Shown: positions 23,429 to 35,556 of the stretch, piece by piece
Position numbering within the stretch: the first letter of the stretch is position 1
Layout: every line of letters starts with the position of its first letter
Source of the DNA: Squalus acanthias
Taxonomy: Eukaryota
Assembly (NCBI GenBank): GCA_030390025.1
Contig: CM059432.1
Span: 126,730,001-126,794,000 of the forward strand
DNA: 64,000 nt
Reading direction: 5' to 3'
The notes under the pieces: generated by a model
Databases searched by the model: none
Seen by the model: the letters and a program-made list of their open reading frames with translations, nothing else
What the model was told of the DNA's origin: nothing
Translations under genes and position numbers: made by a program

Positions 23429-24900
23429 CTGGGGGGGAATAAAAACATTGGCAAGCATATTTAATATTCAAGAATATTTAATATCAACAAATTAGTTCAA
23501 CACAAGTCTAAATCTGACTAAATAAACATAAGTTTGCCTTCAAAGCTGCATTTGGTTTAATTTGACGAATTAGAATATTAACACTTCTGTGCTATAGAAT
23601 TTTAAACGGTTAAGATTTTCACGTGCTCAAACTGTTTTCTTCTAAAACATTATTCTGCTGGGCAAATCACATTGATCGCCATGCATGACATGTTAATACG
23701 TTCTCACTCGGAGCACAAAGAGCTTATTCAGATGACAATTTCAGCCAAAATTATATGCACATTTCCTAATAACCTACTTGCAAAAATATCACTTTAGCAT
23801 ATAATGCCTTCAACCAGGTCTAAATTTGAGCTCCAGAACCACAAGCTGCCAGTTATTATTCTGCAAAAAAGTTGGGCTAATAGCAGCTAAAAAATACTGT
23901 TAATACTTTATACAGAGCTAAATATTTGATGGAACTCTTGTTTAAAAAGTCCAGAGGTTACTGCATGTGATAGTATAGTGCAATGAACATACACTGACCC
24001 ATCAGATTAACACTTCCAATGCACCAGTCTGAAATCTAGCAAGACAGTGTTAATTAGCACCACTTTCGATTTAACCAATGTTACAGCTTCCCCTTCACAA
24101 AACTAAACTGCCCTGTACCTTACTTTTATACTAATGCGCTAAAACCCTGAAAAGGATAAAAACAAATATTCATTAAGTAATCCAGGAGGAGCAAAGGGCT
24201 TGCTGACCCCTTAGTGAAGAAAGTCATTTAGTAGGTGACATTTTCGATCAGACTGTATAGTAATGAGTGATGCCACAAAGTTCTCAAACAACATGGCACC
24301 AATGCTCATTCCAATCTGAGGCCAATCATCCCCCTTCACTCCCTTCCAAAATGCCTTCAGTCATCGGTCTCAGTCGAAAATTTGAATGACCCAATTAAAG
24401 TGTATATATAGTACTGTACCATATCAGTCTTTACCAGCATAATCCCAAATTGATGACTCGGGGGTTATGTGTTGTTTGAAGTACGCTCCCATTTTATGGA
24501 TGAAAATAATCTGAACAGATTTTTCTTTTGGGTGGAGGGGGCATTTAAGTAAAATCAAGTATGGCATTCCTCCTTGCTAGACCACTCCACTGATGCCAGT
24601 GGCAGAGTATCTCTGAGCAGCTCCATAGAAAACAGCAGGTTGCTAGATGATGAATCGGCCTGAGAAGCTGCCAAGGCAGCCTGGAAACCATGTTACTAAC
24701 TGGGATATTGGCATCCCCAGCAAGTAAAATTTCCAAGGGTAGGGTTACTCCAGAGTGAGCACAGTTACTTTAAAAACTCCAAAACAAAAGAAATTCTGCT
24801 TGGACTATTTTGTTCTGTAAAATGAGGGAGCACTTTGTGTTCAACAGTCCATCTCGATTAAGCGATGACATTAAAGAGATTCCATGAAACAAGTGCTCAC

Positions 24901-25112
24901 CTTCTTCCCTCTAATGTTCTCAGACTGGCTTCTTCACGTGCTGTTAATCTCTCTCTCCTGGCAGAATTTTGAGAAGCATGTAAAGGATGGCTAGGATGAC
25001 CAGGGTCACCAGCAGAGGATAATGCTGAACCATACCGCAACTGAGCCTCAGTGGAGTCCATGATGCTGACCATCCAATTCCATGTAGGCATAAGCTTTTC
25101 CTCCACGTAATT
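24901..25112 (-). CDS. UBR5: UBR5 exon, NYVEEKLMPTWNWMVSIMDSTEAQLRYG...RTLEGR
   Basis: 212 nt; acceptor ctacag, donor GTGAG. Confidence 0.97.
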
Positions 25113-25606
25113 CTGTAGAAATAAGGGAATCAAAATCTTAAATAATGCTATATCGGATGGATGCCTAACTGCCGTAGGAATAGTCTGCATCTTATAAAAT
25201 TAGTTCAACTACCGCATATAAATAATATACTGCCATCTAATTGGGGGAGGGAAAAGAGAAACAATATCTCCTTCACAGCTCAATAGCAGTTGGGGTTCAT
25301 TACACTTGTGCGTGACCCTTTAAAGGGGCTGCACGGCCCATTCAGTTTCTCGCATGCGCGAGCTTTAACATTGCAAAAGCCGGTTCTGGCTGCAAGAGAC
25401 CGGCAGATAGGGAACGTTGGTGACTATGCTGTGTAGATGTGGTGCTCATTCCATCAGCATATCTCATTTCATTTGGAAGACAGCAGTAATAAGTCAGAGT
25501 TGACATAAGAAAGTTGAGCAGACAAAGACGACTCCTTAGTTCACAACAAGTTCGACGGCAAACTGGAGGGCAAGTAGGGAGGCAACTTTGTATATGCATG
25601 CTGAAC

Positions 25607-26282
25607 TATTTCCTATTTCTCATCTACATGTTGCCCCTTGGCAACATCATCCGAAAACACAGCGTCAGTTTCCACGTGTACGCTGACGACACCCAGCTCT
25701 ACCTCACTACCCCTTCTCTCGACCCCTCCACAGTCTCTAAATTGTCAGACTGCTTGTCCGACATACAGCTCTGGTTGAGCAAAAGTTTTCTCCAATTAAA
25801 TATTGGGAAGACCGAAGCCATTGTTTTCGGTTCCCGCCACAAACTCCGTTCCCTAGCCACTTACTCCATCCCTCTCCCTAACATCTGTCTGAGGCTGAAC
25901 CACACTGTTCGCAAACTTGGTGTCATATTTGACCCTGAAAGGAGCTTCCGACCACATATCCACAGCATAACAAAGACCGCCTATTTCCACCTCCGTAACA
26001 TCGCCTGTCTCTGCCCTTGCCTCAGCTCATCTGCTGCTAAAACCCTCATCCATGCCTTTGTTACTGCTCGACTTGACTATTCCAACGCACTCCTGGCTGG
26101 CCTCCCACATTCTACCCTACATAAACTTGGTGTCATCCAAAACTCGGCTGACTGTCCAAATTCGCACAAAGTCCTGTTCACCCATCTCCCCTGTGCTCGC
26201 TGACCTACATTGGTTCCCGGCTAAGCGACACTGATTTCAAAATTCTCATCCTCGTTTTCAAATCCCTCCATGGCCTCGCCCC
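25607..26282 (+). mobile_element. L2-clade LINE RT fragment, left part (split by CR1)
   Basis: YADDTQLYL, LQLNIGKTE, AYFHLRNIA, LIHAFVTARLDYSN in ORF 25514..26203. Confidence 0.92.
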
Positions 26283-29200
26283 AGCAGCGAGAGCAGGATC
26301 TGAGGAGCAACACCAGCGTGGATAAAAGGAGCTTGCCGGGAGCTACATGTACCGACCGGAGGCGGGGAAAATCAAAGTGTGACGTCACAGGAAAGTAGGT
26401 AAGTGATTGGTTGATGAGTAGTTCGCTTTTTTCTAAACTTGGGCATTGGTTTAAATTAAGAGCCGGGATTAAAAACTAAACATAGATAATTGATATTTCA
26501 AAACTTGAAAACTTAATTAATTAAATAAAATATAATAGAGATGGCAGGGCAGGCGATGTGTTGCAGCTGTTGCATGTGGGAGCTGGTGGACACCAGAGAG
26601 ACCACATCTGCAGTAAGTGTTGGCGGCTTGAGGAACTTCGGCTCAGAGTTGATGAGATGGAGTCCGAGCTTTGGACACTGCGATATATCAGGGAGGGGGA
26701 GAGTTAGCTGGGCACTGTGTTCCAGGAGGCAGTCACACCCCTTAGGTTAAATAATTCAAATTTGGTCCATTGCCAGGGACAGGAGGGTGTAACTATGAGC
26801 GAGGCAAGTATGGGGATCCAGAAGGTAGCATTGGAGGAGCCTCAGCCCTTGCACTTGTCCAACAGGTACAAGGTCCTTACTCAGGTGTGGACGAGAACGG
26901 GGACTGCAGGGAAGATGAGCAAACTGACCACAGCACCGTGGTACAGGGGGCCATTCAAGTTGGGGAAGTAAAAAGAAATGTAGTGGTAGGGGACAGTATA
27001 GTTAGGGGGATAGATACTGTTCTCTGCAGCAGAGAGCGTGAGTCCCGAAGGCTGTGTTGCCTGCCCCGGTGCCAGGGTTAAGGACATCTCCTCTGGGCTG
27101 GAGAGGAACTTGGACTTGGGAGGGGAAAGATCCAGTTGTCGTGGTCCACATAGGTACCAATGACATAGGTAGAACAGAGAAAGAGATTCTGCTGAGGGAG
27201 TATGAGCAGCTAGGGGCTAAATTAAGCAGAACCACAAAAGGTAATAATCTCTGGATTACTACCTGAGCCATGAGCAAATTTGCATAGGGTAAATAAGATC
27301 AGAGAGAGGAATGCGTGGCTCGAAGACTGGTGTGTGAGAAATGGGTTTCGATTCATGGGGTACTGGCACCAGTACTGGGGTAAGAGGGAGCGGTTCCGTT
27401 GGGACGGGCTTCACTTGAACCATGCTGGGACTAGTGTCCTGGTGAATCGAATAACTACGGTAGTAGACAGGGCTTTAAACTAAATAGCTGGGGGGGGGGG
27501 GGGGGGAGGGTTCAGGTGAGCGGGAATTTAAAAAGTCAAAGAGAAAGGAGAAGGCAATAGAGCAGGGTAGCGATGGGGGTATTGGTAACCAGAGTGTGAC
27601 AGGAAGGGACAGAACGTATAAAAGTAAGAGTGCATCAGAAAGTGGGGTCAAAGCACAGAAAAATAGTAAGCCGACAAAATTAAAAGCTCTTTATCTGAAT
27701 GCACGCAGCATTCGTAACAAGATAGATGAGTTGACGGCACAAATAGATATAAATGGGTATGATCTGATAGCCATTACAGAGACCATGGCTGGGAACTAAA
27801 TATTCAGGGGTATGACACATTTCGGGAAGGATAGACAGAAAGGAAAAGGAGGTGGGGTAGCTCTGTTAATAAAGGATGAGATCAGTGCAGTAGTGAGAAA
27901 TGATATTGGCTCAGAAGAGCAAGATGTAGAATCAGTTTGGGTGGAGATAAGAAATAGTAAGGAAAAGTCACTGGTGGGCGTCGTCTATAGGCCCCCTAAC
28001 AGTAGCTACACTGTTGGACAGAGTGTAAATCAAGAAATAATGGAGGCTTGTAAGAAAGGTACAGCAATAATTATGGGCGATTTTAATCTTCATATTGATT
28101 GGACAAATCAAATTGGCCAAGGTAGCCTCGAGGAAGAGTTCATAGAGTGTATTCGGGATGGTTTCCTAGAACAATACGTTATGGAACCAATCAGGGAGCA
28201 GGCTCTCTTAGGTCTGGTATTGTGTAATGAGACAGGATTAATAAATGATCTCATAGTAAAGGATTCTCTAGGAAAGAGTGATCATAGCATGGCCAATTGG
28301 TGGGTGAAAAAGTTGGGTCTCAAACCAGTGTCCTGATCTTAAATAAAGGCAATTACAAAGGTATGAAGACAGAGTTGGCTAAAGTGGACTGGGAAAATAG
28401 ATTAAAGGGTAAGCGCAGTTGATAAGCAATAGCAGACATTTAAGGAGATAGTTCATAACGCTCAACAAAAATATATTCCAGTGAGAAGGAAAGACTTTAA
28501 GAGAAGGGAGAACCATCAGTGGCTAACTAAGGAAGTAAAGGATGGTATCAAATTGAAAACAAAGGCATACAATGTTGCCAAGATTAGTGGGAGGTCAGAG
28601 GATTGGGAAATTTTTAAAAACCAGCAAAGGACGACTAAAAGAATAATAAAGAGAGAAGATGGATTATGAGAGTAAACTAGCAAGAAATATAAAAACAGAT
28701 AGTAAGAGCTTCTACAGGTGTATATAAAAAGGGAGAGAGTAGCTAAAGTAAACATTGGTCCCTTATAGGATGAGACTGGGGAATTAATAATGGGGAACAG
28801 GGAATTGGCAGAGACTTCACCATCCCAATAATACATAATAATCAAGGGGCTACAGGGAGGGGGGAACTTAAATCACTAAAGAAAAAGTACTCGGTAAAAT
28901 AATGGGACTAAAGGTGGACAAGTCCCCTGGACCTGATGGCCTGCATACTAGGGTCTTAAAATAAGTGGCTGCAGAGATAGTGGATGCACTGGTTGCAATC
29001 TACCAAAATTTCCTGGATTCTGGAGAAGTGCCAGTGGATTGGAAAACCGCAAATGTGACTCCCATATTTAAGAAGGGAGGGAAACAGAAAGCAGGAAACT
29101 ATAGACCAGTTAGCCTAACATCTGTCATTGGGAAAATGCTGGAGTCCATTATTAAGGAAGCAGTAGCAGGGCCTTTAGAAAATCATAATACAGTCAAGCA

Positions 29201-30461
29201 GAGTCAGCATGGTTTAATGAAAGGGAAATCATGTTTGACAAATTTGCTGGAGTTCTTTGAGGTAACGAGCAGGGTGGATAAAGGGGAACCAGTGGATGTG
29301 GTGTATTTGGATTTCCAGAAGGCATTCGATAAGGTGCCACATGAAAGGTTACTGCACGAGATAAGAGCTCACGGGGTTGAGGGTAATATATTAGCATGGA
29401 GAGAGGATTGGCTAACTAACAGAAAACAGAGAGTCGGGATAAATGGGTCATTTTCCATTTGGCAAGCTGTAACTAGTGGGGTGCCACAGGGATCAGTGCT
29501 GGGGCCTCAGCTATTTACAATCTATATTAATGACTTGGATGAAGGGACCGAGTGTAATGTAGCCAAATTTGCTGATGATACAAAGATAGGTGGGAAAGCA
29601 AGTTCTGAAGAGGACACAAAGAATCTGCAAAGGGATATAGACAGGGTAAGTGAGTGGGCAAACATTTGGCAGATGGAATATAATGTGGGAAAGTGTGAGG
29701 TTATCCACTTTGTTAAGAAAAATAAAAAAAGCAAATTATTTTTTAAATGGCGAGAGATTATAAAATGCTGCAGTACAGAGGGACCTGGGGGTACTTGTGC
29801 ATGAAACACAAAAAGTTAGCATGCAGGTACAGCAAGTAATTAGGAAGGCAAATGGAATGTTGGCCTTTATTGCAAGGGGGTTGGAGTATAAAATTAGGGC
29901 AGTCCTGCTACAACTGTACAAGGTATTGATGAGACCACACCTGGAGTACTGCGTACAGTTTTGGTCTCCTTATTTAAGGAGGGATATACTTGCATTGGAG
30001 GAAGTTCAAAGAAGGTGCACGAGGTTGATTCCCAAGATGAAGGGGTTGACTTATGAAGAAAGGTTGAGCAGGTTGGGCCTATACTCATTGGAGTTTAGCA
30101 GAATGAGAGGTGATCTTATTGAAACATAAGATACTGAGGGGGGGGCTCGACAAGGTAGATGCAGAGATGTTTCCCCTCATGGGGGAATCAAGAACTAGGG
30201 GGGTCGCCCATTTAAAACTGAGATGAGGAGGAATTTTTTCTGAGGGTCGTAAATCTGTGGCATTCTCTGTCCCAGAGAGCTGCGGAGGTTGGGTCATTGA
30301 ATATATTTAAGGTGGAGATAGACAGATTTTTGAACAATAAGGGAGTGATGGGTTCTGGGGAGCGGGCAGGGAAATGGAGCGGAGCCCAAGATCAGATCAG
30401 CCACGATCTTATTGAATGGCGGAGCAGGCTCGAGGGGCCAAATGGCTAACTGCTGTTCCTA
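26283..30461 (+). mobile_element. Near full-length CR1 LINE (5'UTR, ORF1 zinc finger plus SGNH esterase, ORF2 APE plus RT), inactivated by stops and frameshifts
   Basis: ORF1 CxxC..CxxC, VVGDSIVR, HIGTND, DGLHLN; ORF2 [60 protein letters not shown]. Confidence 0.95.
26358..26410 (+). promoter_or_regulatory. Putative CR1 internal promoter motifs
   Basis: GC box ggaggcgggg, palindromic CRE gtgacgtcac (26379-26388), AG|GTAAGT donor and ATTGG box within 55 bp. Confidence 0.4.
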
Positions 30462-30810
30462 TCTCAGTAATCTTCTTCAGCCCACAACCCCCCCCACGAG
30501 ATATCTGCGCTCCTCTAATTCTGCCCTCGAGCATCCCTGATTATAATCGCTCAACCATTGGTGGCCGTGCCTTCTGTTGCCTAGGCCCTAAGCTTTGGAA
30601 TTCCCTTCCGAAACCTCTCTGCCTCGCTACCTCTCTTTCCTCCTTTAAGACACTCCTTAAAACCTACCTCTTTGACCAAGCTTTTGGTCACCTGCCCTAA
30701 TTTATCCTGATGTGGCTCGGTGTCAAATTTTTTGTCTTAAAATACTCCTGTGCAGCGCCTTGGGACGTTTTACTACGTTAAAGGCGCTATATAAATACAA
30801 GTTGTTATTG
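30462..30810 (+). mobile_element. L2 3' end, right part of the element split by CR1
   Basis: Resumes where 26282 stops when compared with the uninterrupted copy at 41058-41100. Confidence 0.9.
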
Positions 30811-31074
30811 CTGAACTACGTTCAATGGGGAATACAAGTCTAATCATTACTTAAACAATCGCAAATTACAGCAAGAAAAAATTGGAACAGCCAGGACTAA
30901 ATGTGAAGTTCAGTTTAGAACACAGTAGCATCAAAGCTCTTGACACCTTGATCTGTCAGATTAAAATGGTAACTGTGAAAGCATATTACTGTATTTTGCT
31001 ATGTAGATGAGCTCAAGAAAAACCTCTTTCATATTAACTCATGTTACTGTAGCACCAGTACAGTAGGTCTTACT

Positions 31075-31180
31075 TTTTCTTTAAAATTCATTCACAGGAT
31101 GTGGGCGTCGCATTTATTGCCCATCCATAATTGCCCTTAGAAGGTGGTGGTGAGCCACCTTCTTGAACCGCTGCAGTCCT
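31075..31180 (-). mobile_element. Short CR1-group LINE 3' tail
   Basis: Reverse complement ggactgcagcggttcaagaaggtggctcaccaccacc...gggcaataaatg...tgaatgaat. Confidence 0.65.
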
Positions 31181-32867
31181 GCTTACAGGAGACAATGTGT
31201 GTGAGGGAATTTACTAAAGCACTTAAAAACCTTTTCTTAAACAGCAGCTGGGAGAACCACAAAGGGAAGACAGTATTAGATTTTCTCCTAACTAAAGAAG
31301 AATCAATAAATCAAGTTGAAGGGAAAATTGGGGTTCAGTGATCATAAAGTTTTTAATTTAAGTTTCAAATGGCAGCACATAGCAGAAAAAGAAATTGGAT
31401 TTCAGGACAACAGATATAAATAAAACAGTTGAGCTATTTAAAAAGGAACAACTTGGAGGGAAAATTGGAGTATCTTGAGTTTTTTCCCCCCACATGACGT
31501 ATATATTTTATTCCAGAACTTTATATATTTATTATAAAAATCTAGGACCAAACATGAGATGACAACAATTTGCATTTACATAGCGCCTTCAACGTAGAAA
31601 AACATTTCAAAGTGCTTCACAGACGCATAATCAAAAAAAGGGTGTTGAGCCAAAGGAGGGGATATTGGGAGGGGTGACCAAAAGCTTGGTCAGAGGTGGG
31701 TTTTAAGAAGAATTTTTAAAGGAGAGGAAGGTAGAGAAGCGGAGTGGTTTAGGGATGGAATTCCAGTGGGTACGGCCTTGAAGGCTGCCAGTGGTGCTTG
31801 GCAACAAAGGGAATGCAAAGAGCTCAGAGGAAAACTTCAGGGGGTGGGAGTTGTAGTGCTGGAGGAGGGTACAAAGGTAGGGAGGTTAAGGTAATGAAGT
31901 AATTTAAACACAAGGATAAGAATTTTAAATTTGAGGCGTTGGTGGACTGGGAGCCGATGTAGCTCAGCAAGGACGGGGTAATTGGAGAGCAGGATGTGGT
32001 GCGGGATAGGATTCAGGTAGCAGAATTTCAGATGAGCTGAAGTTTACGGAGGGTGATGGTTTGGAGGTCACCCAGCAGGGCACTGAAACAGTCGAGTCTG
32101 GAGGTGACAAAGCCATAGAAGCAAGTTTCAGCAACAGATGGGCTGAGACGGGGGTGGAGGCGGATGATGTTAGAGGGGGACGTAGCCAGTCTTTGTGATG
32201 GAGAGAATACGCACTTGGAAGCTCAGCATGGAATCAAATAGGACACAGTTTGCAAATAGTCTGGTTCAGCCTGAGACATTGGTTGGGGAAGGTGATGGAG
32301 TCGTTGGGAAGGGTATGGAGCTTGGGCCTGAGGTTGAAGATGATGGCTTTGGTCTTCCCAATGTTGGAATGCTGCAGGAAATTGCAACTCAGACTGGATG
32401 TCAGACACACAGTCAGACAACACAGATGGAGTAGAGGGCAGATAGAGGTGGTGGGAAGGTAGAGCTGGGTGTCGTCAGCGTACATGTGGAAACTGACGCT
32501 GTGTTTTCGGTTGATGTCGCCAAGGAGCAGCATTTAGATGAGAAACAGGGGGAAGCAAAAGACTGCTCCTTCAGTTAACAGTGTGGGGGCTACAACTGGA
32601 CAAGAACGAATGGAACCAAGCAAGGGCAGTCCCACTTAGCTGCACAATAGAGGCGCGGCATTGGAGAGGGATAGTGTAGTTGACCATGTCAAAGGCTAGA
32701 GAGGTTGAGGAGGGATAGTGCATCATGGTCACAGTTACAGAAATTGTTGTTGGTGACTTTGGATAGGGCTATTTCGGTGCTGTAGGAGGGGTGGAAACCT
32801 GATTAGAGAGATTCAAACAGAGAATTGCAGGAGAGATGGGCATGGAATTGGGAGCCAACATGTTAAA

Positions 32868-33114
32868 TGTCCCATTATCTCTCCTTTTGCCTTGCACTAT
32901 CAAACCTTCTGTCAGTCAATCTCTCCTGTCTTCCATCCTATCACAGACCTTCCCTTTGTTCTTTCCTCCCCTCCTCCCTGCCCCTGCTTAAAAATCTCTC
33001 CTCCCTAACCTTTTCCAGTTCTGACGAAGGGTTCGACCCAAAACGTTGACTGTTTCTCCTCTCTTCGATGCTGCCTGACCTACTGAGTGTTTCCAGCACT
33101 TTCTGTTGTTATTT
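32868..33114 (+). mobile_element. Solo Penelope-like terminal repeat
   Basis: Similar to 17753-18012; 8-bp TSD atgttaaa at 32860-32867 and 33115-33122. Confidence 0.85.
33016..33052 (+). ncRNA. Minimal type I hammerhead ribozyme motif, core mutated (aAAA for GAAA)
   Basis: cagtt-CTGACGA-a-gggt tcg accc-AAAA-cg-TT-gactg. Confidence 0.7.
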
Positions 33115-33436
33115 ATGTTAAAGGACTTTGTAGAGGCAAGGGAGATTGGAGGTGGAGGTATAGGATATTTTGTTTGAGGGGAAGTTATGACAGCTGTTTA
33201 GAAAGGGAGGAGGACAGTAGCTGAGGAGAGGCAACCATTTACAATGTCAGCTAGCATGGAGGTCAGGAAGGGAAGTTGGTCTCATGGACAAGATGAGCTC
33301 TCTCATGGCATAGATTTGAGAAGAACTAGTGCAATAATATGGATGAAATGAGAAGTCATGGAAGGCACCAATATGTAAAATTCTGAAATATAGAGTGAAG
33401 GAACAGGACAGCGAGACTATAAAATGAAATACAAGA

Positions 33437-34225
33437 AAGGTTATCCACTTTGGTGTCAAAAACAGGAAGGCAGATTATCTGAATGGCAATAGATTGGGAG
33501 AAGGGGAAGTGCAACGAGACCTGGGTGTCCTTGTGCACCAGTCGCTGAAGATAAGCATGCAGGTGCAGCAGGCAGTTAAGAAGGTAAATGGTATGTTGGC
33601 CTTTGTAGCGAGAGGGTTTGAGTACAGGAGCAAGGATGTCTTGCTGCAGTTGTACAGGGCCTTGGCGAGACCACACCTTGAGTAGTGTGTGCAGTTTTGG
33701 TCACCTTATCTGAGGAAGGAGGTTCTTGCCATGGAAGGAGTTCAGTGAAGATTCACCAGGCTGATACCTGTGATGGCAGGAATGACATATGAGGAGAGAT
33801 TGGGTTTATACTCGCTGGAGTTTAGAAGAATGAGAGGGGATCTCATTGAAACTTATAAAATTCTGACAGGACTGGACAGACTAGATGCAGGAAGGATGTT
33901 CCCGATGGTCAGAGAGTCCAGAACCAGGGGTCACAGTCTAAGGATAACGGGTAAGCCATTTAGGACAGAAATTAGGAATTTCTTCACCCAGAGGGTGGTG
34001 AACCTGTGGAATTCTCTGCCACAGAAGGCAGTAGAGGCCAATTCATTAAATATATTCAAGAAGGAGATAGATATATTTCTTAAGGCTAAAGGGATCAAGG
34101 GATATGGGGAGAAAGCAGGGACAGGGTTCTGAATTTGGATGATCAGCCATGATTGCATTGAATGGCAGAGCAGGCTTGAGGGGCCGAATGGCCTACTGCT
34201 GCGCCTATCTTCTATGTTTCTATGT
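33437..34225 (+). mobile_element. CR1 LINE 3' fragment
   Basis: QRDLGVLVH, LYRALARPHLE, RMRGDLIETYKI, FFTQRVVNLWNSLP; tail tctatgtttctatgt. Confidence 0.93.
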
Positions 34226-34474
34226 AAACTGAAAAGAAGCAAAGAGGAAACACAAGAATGTAGTGGAAATTACGAAGGATATAAGGTTTTGAGTACATCA
34301 GGAGCAAAAGAAGAGTGCAGGGGATTACTGGACCTTTACTAGTGCATGTCTAAAGACAAGGAATTAAGAAAGAGAGACTAAAAATTAAGATTTCACAACA
34401 ACAGATCATTAAAGACAAAAAGGGCATTGCATATTCTTACTTGTTCTATTTTATTAGCACGTGACAGAACAAAC

Positions 34475-34743
34475 CTGTAAGTTAATGGCATCCTGGTATG
34501 TTATTTTCAAGGCAGCTGGTATCTGAGAATACACCAAGTGATTATACTTTGGGATTAAACCCATGAGGTCCGAGATCTGCCGTATGACAATACTATAGGC
34601 TCGTGCCAGGCTGCTTGCTGATGTGAGGTAACTGCTGGAATTGCTCGCTTCCAGAGCTGCAGCAGCTGCAGCTGCACTGGTACTGATTGTAGCACTGCGT
34701 CGTAAGGTGGAAGGATCAATATAAATTAAACCCGCTGAGCCCC
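34475..34743 (-). CDS. UBR5: UBR5 exon, GSAGLIYIDPSTLRRSATISTSAAAAAAALEASN...YQDAINLQ
   Basis: 269 nt; acceptor tttcag, donor GTTTG. Confidence 0.95.
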
Positions 34744-35117
34744 CTGAAAGATAGATAAGTGATCAGATCACTGTTCTCTATAAAATATCAATTCTACTTA
34801 AATCAATCAAGGAATATATATGCCAAATAAAAGTAGGCATATTTTCCCACACCTCAATCTTTTTATACACAAGTTAAAAAAGAATTAAAGCCAGTTACAG
34901 TAAGACAATAGTTCTCAGTTACAATATATTCCTATGGATTTTGGAAATTACCAATTAAGCTAAGAGTTAAAAAAAATTGCAGTAATTGAGCCCTTAAAAA
35001 AATCTGTAAATTTCATTGGATAATTCTTATCTAGTGTGCATTAAGTTACAGAAATCCACATTTGAGAAGCTTTATGAATTTTATAAACGCAACAAAGAAT
35101 TTTCCATTTGGACTTAC

Positions 35118-35375
35118 CTGCAGGAGTGCTAGTACTAGATGGAGTGGTACTAGTTGACCTTTGGTTCTGGGTGCTGCGTACAGCCCATTGCATGGAGCGT
35201 GGTGCCTGTGCTGCACTGTTTGCATGAGAGCTGCTGGTGGTTCTCTCCAATGGCTCATCCTGCAAAAATGTATCCTGTTCTTCATCATCACTCTGACTGC
35301 TGCTACTGTCAGAATCACTGGAGTCATTGGATTGAGAGTCATCCTCCGAGAAAAATGCTGGAACACTGCTGGCAC
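35118..35375 (-). CDS. UBR5: UBR5 exon, ASSVPAFFSEDDSQSNDSSDSD...SSTSTPA
   Basis: 258 nt; atypical acceptor cacgaag, donor GTAAG; phases fit. Confidence 0.92.
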
Positions 35376-35556
35376 CTTCGTGATCAGGCAAGATATTGAT
35401 TATTCAGGTTAGAAAGGCAAGTAAAGTAACCATGATCTGTTAATTAGGTTTAATTAGAACAGCATGACTACAAGAATGCCTTCTTTGTACTTTGGGAAAG
35501 CTGATCTACAACAGTTATGTGAAACAGATAAATCCTAAATTTCTGTAATTTGAAAG

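Larger units (their letters stand above)
31562..33290 (-). mobile_element. L2-clade LINE fragment, interrupted by a Penelope terminal repeat
   Basis: FHMYADDTQLYL in ORF 32234..32533; L2 tail at 31562. Confidence 0.88.

Noticed and set aside
27489..27507. Long G/C homopolymers here and at about 580, 18855, 50365 and 60574 as G-quadruplex elements
   Set aside because: Simple runs, mostly inside repeats, with unreliable length; no evidence of function.
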